DNA of 64,000 bases from Utricularia gibba (lineage: Eukaryota > Plantae > Magnoliophyta): assembly GCA_002189035.1 (NCBI GenBank), contig NEEC01000017.1:1984001-2048000 (forward strand), read 5' to 3'. The position numbers were made by a program, and so were the translations under genes. This document shows positions 50,121-62,926 of this stretch, piece by piece; the stretch's first letter is position 1; each line of letters begins with the position of its first letter. The notes beneath the pieces were generated by a model. The model saw only the letters and a list, made by a program, of their open reading frames with translations, had not been told where the DNA came from and did no database searches.

Positions 50121-51789
50121 CATTTTGGAATGATGCATTCGTTAGCTTTTTGGGGTTGCCTTTTTTCATCCTGTTATTCTGAAAGTGTATAGCTTTTGAG
50201 GTGGCAATCAAGATCCCAATTCCAAACACCTCATAGTTTCGCAGAAGGTGGAATTGGATTCTGGTTTTCAAACTCTTGATCGCTCTCCTGCGCCTATCCA
50301 TCAGGGTGGATGGAACAGGAAGAAGAAGACTTGTCCACCATTTCCAATGGATATTTTTTTTCTTTTTTTGTCTTAATGCCCTATACCTAACTTTTGCAAG
50401 AAAAACCCCAGTGAAACAAACTCATCAATAACTACCAAACACCACTCTACTATCCTCCACACCATTCCCTTCTACTTATCCCTAGTTTTACTTCTCATAC
50501 ACAGAATCCCAGTCTTAGTTTTCTACGGTCATCACACTTTCGATACACAATAAGTGTTTAAATTAAAGATCTAAGTATACAACGAGCATACATGAAATTC
50601 AAGTATATAATAAACATACATCATATTAAAAAAGATTATATATAATCTATTATACACTTAACTATTTCAATTTCATTTTCTAACATGAAATTGTATGTTA
50701 CAATAAGAAGTATATGGGGCCATGAGGGTATCCACCATGATCCCACATACCAAACTCAAAACCATTTCCAAGAAAGTTTACTTTCATTTGGATCTGTTTA
50801 TTTTCCGATATGTGATTGTTTGTTCAAAACCACTTTCATTTTCCGATGATGGATCTTCACATGGACGTGTGGACAGAAGCGAAGCAGATGCCGGGGTAGT
50901 CCTTATCCCAATCTGCATCATCATCTGGGGCTGTGACCACGACCACATAAAATAAATATGGGAGCTTACTTTCTCTGCTTATTCCAAGCTGCTGCTGGAG
51001 GGCTTCAACCCTCTACTCTACTCCCGCAAAGTAAAACACATCAGGCTACCCATTGATGCTACTCAGGGTGTTCCAGATATTTTTGTAACATTTTTAATGA
51101 TAGATTTTGGTGGGGAGAACTTCCCTGGGAAAATCACCATAAACTGCCCTCGGACTGCACATAGGAATGCAAAAGGCGTTGCTGGTTTTGTGGGCGTTGG
51201 AAAAAAAAAAACATGGGAATATTCTTGTTTATTAATTATTAATTTAAAAAGGCTCTTTGGGTTGATATTTTAACACATGTAAATATTTTTTGCTTAGCAG
51301 CAGATGCAAAACGTGGCGGATATTTTTTAATTTTGAAACAAAAAGAAAACCGATATATTTGATGATAATTAACTCTATTTGGTAAACGTGTTTTTGACTT
51401 GTAAGACGATTATAAGGGTTTTTTAAAAAGGAATATTTTAGTTTTTTATATCTATTTTAAATATAATTATTTAATTAATACATGTAAGTTTGAATATGAA
51501 TTATAAATTTTTAATACAAAAATTCAATTTAATTATTGACCAATTATTATTTAAAAAGAATTCAATTATTAAGTCTGGGTTGAATTTAAATAATTTATGC
51601 GACTGGGCTTTTATTTGCGAAATATGGGCCGGCCCACTTTTAGTACTAACGGAGCCGTCAAGCTCGCCGTTAATTTGGTGTGTGTGAATTTCATGTACGT
51701 TGTGTAGTGGAGTGAGTGTTGCCTCACATCCAATCCATTTGCGGTATCTGCTTCCCCATTCGTTTTCTGGAGTTTTTGGATCAGCTGCT

Positions 51790-54144
51790 ATGGCGACTGC
51801 GAGCTTTTTGCAGTCTCCAGCGGTAGCGTCGGAGAAATTTTCAGCGTCGATGGCGCATGGTGATGTGGTTATCTCCGCGTCTTTTTCCAGTCAATTCATG
51901 GGCACACGAATCGCTTATCCACTTGGAAATTCTCCAGTCCATTGTATGTGCAGCGTTTTTTTTAGTTTTTTTTTTTCAGTGAATAGCTTAGACTGGCGTT
52001 AGAATTAGGGTTTTATCTGAATCTTTTGTCGGTGCGCATGTTGGGAGGTTTTGGACATCTTTTATTTAGCTTCGTGTGTTTTTAAGATTCCGTTGTATGG
52101 ATATGGTGTAATTTTTAAATGTTATCAGATTCGCAAGTTAGGCGGCTTGCTGTCTACTCGAAAAGATTACAGTTCCTAGAGCAAGCTATCCAGCTAAGGA
52201 GGTACTTTTTTCTTGCTTTCATATGGCTGCTTTATTAGTGGAGCTTTGTCAAGGTGTTGCGTTGGGAAAAGTTAAGTGGGGTATGTTTTCAGTTAGCTCG
52301 AGTTTCTCAGTAGTGGCGGTGTTTGAGTGTACTATCTTTTTTCACTGTGATATTCTTGAAGATCAAGTGTATCTTTCCTGATATAATTTTCTGGAGAATC
52401 TTTCTAGACCTGTAACCTGTTGCGATTATTGTACGTATCTGTTCTTATCATAATGTTAATGGAATAGAACTCTCAACTTGTTGACTAAGAATTATTGTAT
52501 CATATTGCTGTTGAGATAGGGAGAGAGAGCTCCGAGCATCGCCTTCATCTAAAAGATTGCCCCCACTGAGGCGTGGAAGGGTATCACCACGACTTCCGGT
52601 GCCCGATCATATTCAGAAGCCTTCTTATGTTAGTTCAGAATTATTGCCTGATGTTTCAAGTGAACACCAAATTCATGATTCTGAAGGGCTTGTTAAGATG
52701 AGGGCTGCCTGTGAACTCGCTGCTCGAGTGCTAGATTATGCTGGAACCCTTGTTAGGGTGAGAGTTTACACTGATGGAAGCATCCTTTTTCCAATATGTA
52801 GTAAATGGCTTGGGTAATTTCCACTTTTCAGCCATCGGTAACAACTAATGAAATCGACAAAGCGGTGCACCAAATGATTATTGATGCTGGTGCATATCCC
52901 TCCCCTTGGGCTATGGTAGATTTCCGAAGAGTGTGTGCACATCAGTCAATGAGTGTATGTGCCATGGAATACCTGATTCACGGCAATTGCAGGTTTTCCA
53001 TATTTTCCCTGAAACCAGAATTTGCATTGATAGTCTTCGTTTTTCATCTGCATATGCTCTTTTTGTTTACAGGATGGTGATATAATAAACATTGATGTGA
53101 CCGTCTTTCTAAATGTGAGCTTTTAGACTATCATCGTAACGTAACCTGATGCAGATTCCTTTGATCTAGTCCATGTTGTTTACACTACTATGTTTGGCTG
53201 CCCTTTTCAGGGTTATCACGGTGATACATCTAAGACATTTTTCTGTGGTAATGTGAATAATGCGATGAAGCGCCTTGTGAAGGTCTTTTATTTTGAGCAT
53301 AATATAAGTACTGCATTTCTTTTTTTTTTTTTTTTGTCATTCACTGGTTACATCATTTTTCAGTTATGTATGCCAAATTGCAGGTCACGGAAGAATGCAT
53401 GTACAAAGGCATTGCTGTTTGCAAAGATGGTGCACCATTCAGGAAAATAGGGAAGAGGATCAGGTTCTCAATTTTTCCTTTCCTTATACAACATGATGAC
53501 ACTTGAACACTGCGATGCCCACGCCATAAAGATAGAGCTTACAGCTTTCCCAGCATGATATTCCAGTGAACATGCCGAGAAGTTTGGTTTCGGAGTTGTG
53601 GAACGGTTTGTCGGCCATGGCGTAGGAACGATTTTTCACTCAGAACCCCTCATATTCCACAATAGTAAGCAGAAATCTTTTGCCTAATTTAAATGCTGTT
53701 TGGACGAGTTTATAACTTTGATCTCGTTAAAACGATGTTTTTGGTTAAACACAGGGAATAACATGCCAGGCCATATGGTTGAAGGGCAAACGTTCACCAT
53801 AGGTGAGTTCCTTCATACTTATGAGAGTTTTTTTTTTTTTTTCCTGAGCGTGTTCTCTTTCAATTTATTCAAGCGCATTTTTCCTTGGGTTTTTATTCAT
53901 TACTGCAACATAACAAATTTGCTTCTCCTCAGTAAAATCTTAGATGTTTAAAGAGCAGCTCTTCATCTGTTTTGCAGAACCAATTCTCACGCTGGGAACC
54001 ACAGAATGCATCACTTGGGAAGACAATTGGACGACCCTCACTGCAGATGGAAGCCCCGCCGCGCAGTTCGAGCATACCATTCTCATTACAAGAACCGGTG
54101 CTGAGATTCTAACAACTGTACCAGAGACAAGTGTAAAAGCATGA
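51790..54144 (+). CDS. MAP1B: Plastid methionine aminopeptidase 1B/1C-like, multi-exon, with a 1-nt frameshift near 52904
   Basis: [83 protein letters not shown]. Confidence 0.93.
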
Positions 54145-55609
54145 AGTAGGAGGGGAATACGGGTTTAAGTTCACGCTGCCCGTATCCCAACTCATTCCAA
54201 AACCAATTTTTGAGACATAGTATATGGCCATGATGGAAGTTGTCAAACTACTAAAGCAATGTGCCTCTGTGGATACGCAGGAATGAAGTTCCTCTGCTTC
54301 ATGCTGATCACCCCTTATCTTTTGGCCCCTTGAGAAACCTTCAAGCGTGGCAGAATTTCGTTCCCTGGCCTCAGTAAGTGCATGCTGAGGAGGTTCTTCC
54401 ACTGACTTCCTGGCACATAGTGACTTTCTCCATCTTCGCTATGTAGTTGGTGAGCTGCAGCATATTATTGAGATCATACCCTGTGACTTGCGTTCTGTAC
54501 AGTGACCTTGCATCATGAAGAATGGTCTTATCCATAGTAAGAAGATAGGCTTCTGCATACTGAAACTGTAGTATTGGAATGCAGTGTTTGTGTACAGGGT
54601 GTATGAAGAGCCCGTCTTGGAACCCAAAGAAACTGCGAAACAGGATAAGGAGCCACCTGTATCATTTAAACTACGTTCTGCGGTTCAAGAACTGGACCCT
54701 TTTTCTATCAGAAAAACCAGTTCTTGAATTCTCATTACCCTACGCCCTCTTCTCCTGGCGTCACTCCATCAGGAATGTAACAGGCAGTTACCGAATCGCC
54801 GGTCGTCTTCTCGACCCGAGGCTCCATTCCACGCATGGTTGGCCTTTCTGTGTTTGGGTCATGGCCGGATAATTCAGGGAACTCGTCTGCTCCATTCCTG
54901 CGTTCGACACCTTCTTCGATTTTCCGATCGCCACTGCCAGCCTCAGGGGTTTCATCCGTGCTTCTGCCTCCATTGTGTCCCTATAATGAATTCGCGATTC
55001 TTCGTCAACAGGTGGCTGACTCGTTGATCTCCACTCTTCTTCCCGCCGTGAGCCCCCTGCTGGCCACGAGATCTTGCCGTGTTCGAGACAACGGGGATGA
55101 ACTCGTCGCCCGGAGTTTTCAGAAGGGCGCCGAATATATAACCCTTCATCGCAGGAAACCTATCGCGACATGCCTGTTTCCGTTTAAACTTGATGAGATC
55201 TGTTCAACGCCTCTGCATCATCAACCGATGGTGAACCGTTAGATCGAAAAGGGCACAATCGATAGCCGATGGAACCCAACCGTGAAAAATCTTCTTCGCC
55301 ATGGAGATCATCATCGATCGTTCCCAATGGGACTCCAAGCTCGCTCACCCCATTGAAATGGGGGATTTTATGGTCTCACAAATATTTTAAAATATTTAAC
55401 AAATGGATTGATTACTAGTAAACATGAAGCACAGCTGAATGGGATGTCTGCATGGTGGTGCATAAGCTTGTTTATCAGCGGCTTAGACTCAGTCCATATG
55501 AACACATCAAACAGCAGCAGCTGAGGATCAATACTAGGGACCAAGCGCAAGCATCCAACTACACCTCCGGCCAGCATTGTGAATATATGAATGAGAAAGC
55601 CTACCAACC

Positions 55610-57456
55610 TCAGGAGACAGTCGAGAGCAACGACTGAATGCCGAAAACGATGAACAGGGCTCCTCCAGATAGCGCAATCTGTGACCAATGGGTCAAAAAA
55701 GGCAATTTTTTTTGCATTGGGTAAATAGAACTCACAATTTTTTCAGATATTTGAGTTGCCAGCTTTTTTCCTCCCATCACGGCTGCAGTAGTGCACAAGG
55801 CTTGACCACTGATGAAGGAAGAAGAGAGTCAAGCCATGGAGCGGGATGAATCTCCTTAAGCATTTGTCAAGATACAAAGATGGTTGTTTTAGACGTACAG
55901 GATTCCACCGAGAACAACTCCCAGTGGATTTGCATCTGCTGCTAAACCGATTGTAGCAAGCTGAAAGAATACATTGTTACAAGCTCTAAGTGTGTGTGAA
56001 TTGAGAAGATGCTGTTCATGCTCATTATATAATGTGATCTCTCACCTGGCTCTTATCACCCCATTCGCCAAAGAATGTTATTGAAAATGCCTGTGTAAAA
56101 ACATGGAACTCGGATAAGAAGGATGCTGATGCTGTACAATCAACATAAATAAACAAGTATAACCTTGAGAAAGATGGGGGAAAAGAAGTAAGTGAGGAAG
56201 TGTCGACTCTGTTTTTTGAAATCATCCGCATCCTAAAACAGCAAATCGAGAGGAGTAATCAGGTGATATGGCAAACTATTATATACGAAAACATATTAAA
56301 ATGCTGCCTGAAGCCATGGATTTTCATAATTTGTTTTTGCGTGAAACTTAGAGAACACCATACTTGTTGCCCCACCCTAGCATCCTTTACTCCAGTACTT
56401 TTACTATCCGCATTCTGAAACATTAAAAGGAAAAAAAATAATTTAGAAGTGAACTTCAGATGCTATTTTCGATTCAGATTGTAGAAAAACAGACTGACCA
56501 GTTCCTTTTCAACCTCACCAAACTCGTCACCGTCCCTAAAGAGGAACAAAGTATACATGTTGCATTTACTCGAAGATATACCAGAAAAATATTGCAATAT
56601 TCATTAACTTACTCGTCATTGAATGCATCCCGTAGAGACCAAATGCCGAACCCCAGAAACAAGAATGTAGTTATGTGATGCGTCCACTTACGCGGTATCT
56701 TCATGAAAAAATGCAGTAAACATATGTTGAGTGAAAACCGTAAAAAATGGATCCTTGCAAATAATTACAAGAAACAGCTTACAAGATTAGGAGCTGCCCA
56801 TCCAACAACTGCAGATAAGATGGTCATAACCTGGAAATAGCAACATCCACGGTCAAATTCAGATAAACCATTTTAACAAAACTCAAAGACAGTACCAAAA
56901 GATGCCACTAAATAACTTACAATCAAAGCTCCAAGGCAGCCTGAAAGCACCAATCTTCTAGGGTGACGCATAGCCAGGATCTACAGAATGCATTGTGGTG
57001 TCGTTAATTAAGCTCCACAAGCGCAATATCAATCAAAATCCTATTTTTAAGCTGTAATTTCACAAGTGACCAAACACAGCATATTCATAACATTCACCTT
57101 TAACATGCACGTAATGTAATCACCCTTTTTTTCTTGTTAAAAAAAACAATACCCAATCCCAGACCCCATCCGCTGCTTTTTGTGTAACGATTCTGATTCT
57201 TTAACGGTTCTCCCCACATGACTAAACCCTGAGCAGCTCCCCAAGTAAAAACGTCTCACTATGCGTATAAAACAGTGAATCTTACAGCTGCCGCAAAAAA
57301 GGTCTTATCTCCAATTTCTGACAAAATCGTCATCGCCAGCGACTTGGTGAAGGCCTGGCAGATTCACCAAAACAAAAATCAAGAATCCGAAAACCCCCTG
57401 GATTTAAAACAAGCAATAACCGCACTCGTCTTTACCTGGACAACAGGGAGATCCAT
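55610..57456 (-). CDS. GDT1/UPF0016 (TMEM165) family Ca2+/Mn2+ transporter, GDT1-like 4/5 type, about 11 exons
   Basis: Two family signature motifs, SEIGDKT and GEWGDKSQ; start MDLPVVQ|AFTKSLAM; end GGALFIVFGIQSLLSTVS*. Confidence 0.92.
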
Positions 57457-58449
57457 TGCTCCTATCCTTTTCTGAAAAAAGAAGAAAAACAGGCTCCAGT
57501 TTCAAAAAATCACAGAGCCTCGAAACACGGCGGCACAGAGATGCGACGAGAGTTGAAACAGAGCTCCAGGTCGGATTCCTAGTCTTACCGGCGGCGACCT
57601 CCCGAGCTCCGGCGGTAATCTCGGATACAAAGAATGCGAATCAGATCCGTTATTCCTCCTGTCGATTACAGTTTATTCGGGTTCAGATTCTGTAAATCAC
57701 ACGGATTATGAGGTTTAGTTTTAACAGAACACATCACTTTAAAAATAATAAAAAAATGAATTATTGATTGGAGATTAGTTGACAATTATCTTTTATTAAA
57801 AATTGATTTCATCATTACCACACAAATTAAATTATTATTTATTTACTACACACCAACTACATAAGCTGACACCAAATAACATATTATAATTCTTTTATTT
57901 CATTATTTTATTTTGCATTTTTTCACCCCAAAATATGAGATATCACTTCCTAAAGTAGAAAATTTAATATGACTTAGGAGATAAATGTAATTTGAGATAT
58001 ATCCTATGTTATATGCATCGTTACAAAATATTTCAATTCAATGAGAAAGGTGAAAAAAATTAAATAATATAATAAATATTAAGATACCGTTTTGAAGCTC
58101 GTTTCGAACTGATCACTTTGATATAATTCTTTTTTCTAAATATCATCAACTATGATTGATGATTTGTCACTCCCGCTTCCTGATTTGGAGACAAACATAG
58201 GTGTAATCACCCAAGATTTTTAGGGAATTAAGTCAACAATGATGCTCCATAGCGTTTAAATGCTCTATGGATGAGCAATTTATAATGCACCACTAGGCCC
58301 ATTTTCAGTCCAGCCCAGATCCGTTTGTATAGGCCCATAATTGGTCCGGCCTTTCTCACTTTTTAAAGCGTGATATAATATTATCAAAATGAAATATTAT
58401 TTTACAAAAAAGGAAAAAGAAAAAAAAAGGCAAGGCTCCAGAATCCAGA

Positions 58450-59714
58450 TCACCTTCCGTGGAACCTCAGTGTTCTCACCGAAGTTGGGGTCCTCGGGAT
58501 AGTACTCGGAGCCTCTGAGATTTCACTGCTGTTGCTGCTTCCGTCAACCGTTGAATTCCCCATGTTTTTATCTTGATCATTTCTAGTTGGCTTTTCATCT
58601 TCCTTGACTCTTGCCGTCCATTCCTCCGGGCGTCTAGGGCCACCGGAATGACCACCCCGAGACAACTCGACTGCCGCCCTGGCCGCGGCGGCTGCGTAAG
58701 CAGCTGACTCAAACGCTTGCTGGGCTGCGTCTGCCACATCCTTGTATTTTCCCCCCATTTTCGGACTCTCTCCTTGCTCTCCCTGTTTCGTCTTCTGGGT
58801 CTGCTGATTAAGCGATGGCCAAATTGACATCAATTCTCTGTAAATACGGAACATAATCAGAAGCTACTTGAACATTGCTTGCATACCAGTTCTGGGTGGG
58901 AAGAGGGTGTGTTTTCAGATGGGAGATCAATGTTTTCCTCATCAGCAATCTTCTTCAACATCCTCCTCCTGTTTTCCGAGCTGGGAGCCGCAGTTGAAAG
59001 CAGCTGTACAATCTGAAAAACAAGGGGAATTTCACGAACTGCAGTAGTGATGAGGTGATGGGGGTGAAGGTTGGCTGACCCTGGGACTAACTCCGCAGTT
59101 ATTGCGCAAGTCAACAGCTCTGGAAGCGAACTCCTTCCCATAACGAGAAGTGAAAATAGAGCGGATTTGAAGAAGTTCTGGGAAGTCGCCAATTCTCGCG
59201 GATGCAAAAATCAGAGTCGAAACAGCTTCATTCAGTTCATCAGGACAAGATCTGCGGACAAAGCAACTTTGTAAGGAAACACAACTCCATGAATCAACGG
59301 AAAAGCTAACAGACTTGGGAATCATGATAAGAAAACTAACTTCTCTTGTTGTATAAGATTGACGCTTTCCGTCAACAAATTCAAGTAGCTATCCAACGCA
59401 GCTAGCGCATCCAAGCCATTCTGTAGCCTAATCACCTGCTCAACCTGAAACCACCGAGTTCATAAAAGCACAGTTGGTGAATGATCGATCAATCTATCAA
59501 ACGAAGGGCCAGAGGAGCACAATACCCGAATAAGAGCCCTATCGTGGAAACCCATTTTGAGGATATTCACGACGTCGGATCGCGCAACGGAGACCCGCGC
59601 CTGGCGCAGGTTTTTCAGCACCGCCGACCGGGAAACCGCCAGCGACGCAGCCGCCTGGAGTTTAGTGACATCGGAGCGTCTCCTGGTCAGTCCGAGCGCT
59701 GACCCCAAGCCCAT
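58450..59714 (-). CDS. IST1-like protein (regulator of Vps4 / ESCRT-III), copy 1, 5 exons, apparently intact
   Basis: KLQAAASLAVSR..RQARVSVARSDV, VEQVIR, CPDELNEAVSTLIFASARIGDFPELLQIR..RYGKEF, KYKDVADAAQQAFESAAYAAAAARAAVELSR. Confidence 0.9.
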
Positions 59715-60774
59715 ATCGCCAACCGCAGATTCGATTCCTTCGAGGAGAAGGATCACAAAAATAAAAAATGAAACAAAACCCACGACTCTGAGAACCAGCA
59801 GCAGTAGCACGGAGCTCGTTTATACCTTTCAGCTGCGACGGGGTTTCCGAGATCCGCGTTCTGCTTGCACCAACGCGGCTGCCCTGCTGCCCTTCTGGAA
59901 ATTATCATACTATTTTTACCCCAGAAAATAAATATAAAATGCAAGTTTGTCATTTTTTATTATTATTCAAGAAAAATAATCAAATCATGATAGTTTTTTA
60001 ATTATTTTGATTAGTAGGATTTTTTTTACTTGGACCCACAAAAACATAGACCCAGACTGATCCTTAGACTATTATACCCATGGATATTATGACACCAATT
60101 CAACAGCACTTTGAAATTTTGTAATGATTTTTACAATCAAGAATTATATAGGCATAAAATGTATCAAGTTGAATTTGTCTAACTCGATTTCATGAAGAAT
60201 TTTGTCATGAATACAATTATTTAATAAAAATATATTTTATTTTATTTTACTAAAAATAAATCATTCGAGAGTACTTTTACACCAAAAGCCATGTAGCGAC
60301 AAAGTCTTCATTCAGGTCAACTACCAGGGATTGAACTGCAAGGGTGTATGATCATTTTGAATTAAAATAATATTTTAATTATAGTATAAATTAAAAACGG
60401 AATAAAATAAAACATTTTTCAAGGTAAAAAAACCAAAGGGGCTGGCCCATATGAATTAAGATTGGTCACCCATCGATGATTACTAGACCAAGTTGTGCAC
60501 ATTGGGGCCTAATGTCTTAAATAGTAGACACTAGGAACGCAACTTATCGACACAACCACCACAGGCTTGAATTTGCATTTACGTATATATATATATTTAT
60601 TTATTGTATTTGTAAAAAAAAAAAGCTTTCAAAAATCTGAAAATTTAAAAAAGGATTTTCATATAAATTTATTCATTAAGGGTGACATGAAAGAAATCAT
60701 TATTAAACTAAAGCTGATGTAGTGGTCATGAACAATGTGCACTAATGACAATGAAAATACTAACAATAGTAACT

Positions 60775-62926
60775 TTAGCCTTGAGTTATCAAGTGAGCCT
60801 TGTACTTGCTAACGGATCCATCATGATTCAATTTGATTTTATACACCTAACGACACCCTATTGATTTCTTCACAAATGGGAAATTAATCACTTCCCAAGT
60901 GTTATTACGAGTAAGCGCAGCAAGTTCATCCGCCATTCAACGAGGATTTGCTTCCTGATAAGAACTTGGTTCTTCAAGGTCATCAAGAACTGTTATGAAA
61001 GCTGTATGTTGTGAAGCACTGTGATACTTATAATCGACAAACTGATTGAGTGGGCAATGGATACGTGAAATTTGTGTAACTGGTGGGATGAATGGTGCCC
61101 TTGGAAAATGTGGAGTTGAGCATCAATGTTAGAATTAACATCTAAAAAGCATTCCCCATAAGACTCAAAATCTCCCTCAGAATCAGCATTTGGTGAAGGT
61201 GTCGGATCAAATGTAGATGGTGCACCCGACATGGAGTATAGAAGGGAGACTCGGATGGAATAGTAGATAAGGTGATGTCGGGCATTGGCACGGGCACTAT
61301 GTCATATGGTGAAAAAATAGACTGCAAGTATTGGAAAAACCGATGAAGAAGTCCGAGAAAATATATCCTCATGAAAAATAACATCACGAGCAACAAAACA
61401 TCGTTTAGCATGCAAGTCAAACAAACGATAATTGCATGAGATCAAAGTATATCCCAAGAAGATTGATGTAATGGATCATAGAGCGAACTTATCTTTATGA
61501 AGGATGTCATATGGTGTTTTCCATTATAGCACTACATTAGGGGATAGGATAGGTATAGCACTACATTAGAGCCAAATCTGCCAAGTACCAGTGTTTGCCT
61601 TCTACTCACCTGTTTTGTTGTACTGAATGAATACAAATAGGATTATGTAGGATAACGCTGGTGGCAAACAGAGCCTCACAAGTATGATTGATAAATTCAT
61701 ATCCATTGTTTGAGCAAACTTTTTTGACCATTTTCTAATATTGAACTTTGATCATCATAAGAAAATTGGTAAATGTGATTAGGACCTATGATTTATCTTT
61801 GAGCAAGTAAATCCATATTGCACGAGAGTGATCATCAATAAGAGTAAAAAATATATTTTGCATCAATGCGAGAAGGTATTTAGTATATTCCTAGATATGG
61901 CATGATGAATGATTTTGAAATTTGTTCAAAAAAGAATGTGTCTAAAATGGTTGTAGAAGCATGAATTAAATGATAATGCCATTTGTCAAAACTGCTCATA
62001 CAAGAAACATTAGCAAGATTGAGAAAACCAATCTTATTTTGAGAATCAAAGAGGAAATAGAGTCCATTATGAACATGACGTCAGGCATGTGTCGGTCCTA
62101 CACAAAACACTCATCTAAAGCAAAAACTGCTCATAGGATCCCTTTCCTTATCATACAATATACAGATGCCACATTGAAATGAAATTAAGTAACGTGGAGC
62201 ACACCAGATAAGACCAAGTCGGATTGTAGACGAAAATCTCCAGTTGCATTAAAGGATAGTAGTATCTTATTTGGCAAGAAAAAATCCAAATCTGAGTGTG
62301 GTTTTTTCAAGTTGAACAAATGTGTGTTTTCCCATACATGAGAAGTTGCTCCAATCTAAAATCCAATTATGAATGTTACGAATGAAACAGATTGTAATTC
62401 TCCATGAAGTTGAAAAATCTGAGGCTTCATGGAAGCCCTAAATCATTGCTGGATCTCAACCCACAAGCTATGTGCATCTAAAATCCAAATCCCAGTTGAG
62501 AATTAATGTCATCATCTGATAATATGTTCTTTTTTCACTCTTATAATAGTTTGGGAAGCTTCCCAAGCATTCATAACTGTTGTTGTCTTTTCTCTTATCA
62601 AGGATGAGTTTGGGACCCAAAGTGGGGGCTGCTTTGATTATGTCAATATGACCTAGTAGACCATGCTCATCCAAACCTATCATTAAAGCCTTCAACCAAC
62701 CAACATAATTCTGGCCATTGAAAAAGTGGAAATGAGAGTTGGAGAATTCTTCATCTTTCATTCATACAAAGAGGGTATTTATACATTATATGAGAAGCAA
62801 TGCAGTGAAAACTACAATCTATAAGCTAGGGTGTGAAGGAACTACTATGTACAATAATAGGAAACTGTCATAATGAGTAAAGTAAGAAATAAAGGAAGGT
62901 ATTTCAACAGTGAAGATATTTCAACA
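60775..62926 (-). mobile_element. Decayed, 3'-truncated Ty1-copia retrotransposon: LTR-like 5' segment, then gag, protease, integrase and start of RT
   Basis: Minus-strand fragments with stops and frameshifts: NGQNYVGWLKAL..GLLGHID (gag), IGATSHV (protease), TLIDDHSRAIWIYLLKDKS and FLGY..YRLFDL..FVARDVIFHEDIF (integrase), ELAALTRNNTWEV..SIGCR*VYKIKLNHDGSVSKYKAHL (RT), in copia order. Confidence 0.88.

Noticed and set aside
58807-58845. Apparent premature stop in IST1-like copy 1 if the TTTACAG acceptor is used
   Set aside because: A downstream TAATCAG/CAG NAGNAG acceptor keeps the frame, so the gene appears intact.
8966-59714. Apparent functional cluster of lipid and membrane-traffic genes (PI4K, LOH, AAPT, ALA, GET3d, GDT1, ISTL)
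   Set aside because: As I recall, the same neighbours occur in Arabidopsis blocks around At1g13210-13640, At3g25540-25740 and At1g25520-26270. Ancestral synteny explains it, and there is no sequence evidence of co-regulation.
62700-62730. ATGGCCAGAA as a degenerate tRNA-Met primer binding site after ...TTTTCA
   Set aside because: The same bases encode the gag motif NGQNY in frame, so it is better read as gag; no PBS is claimed.
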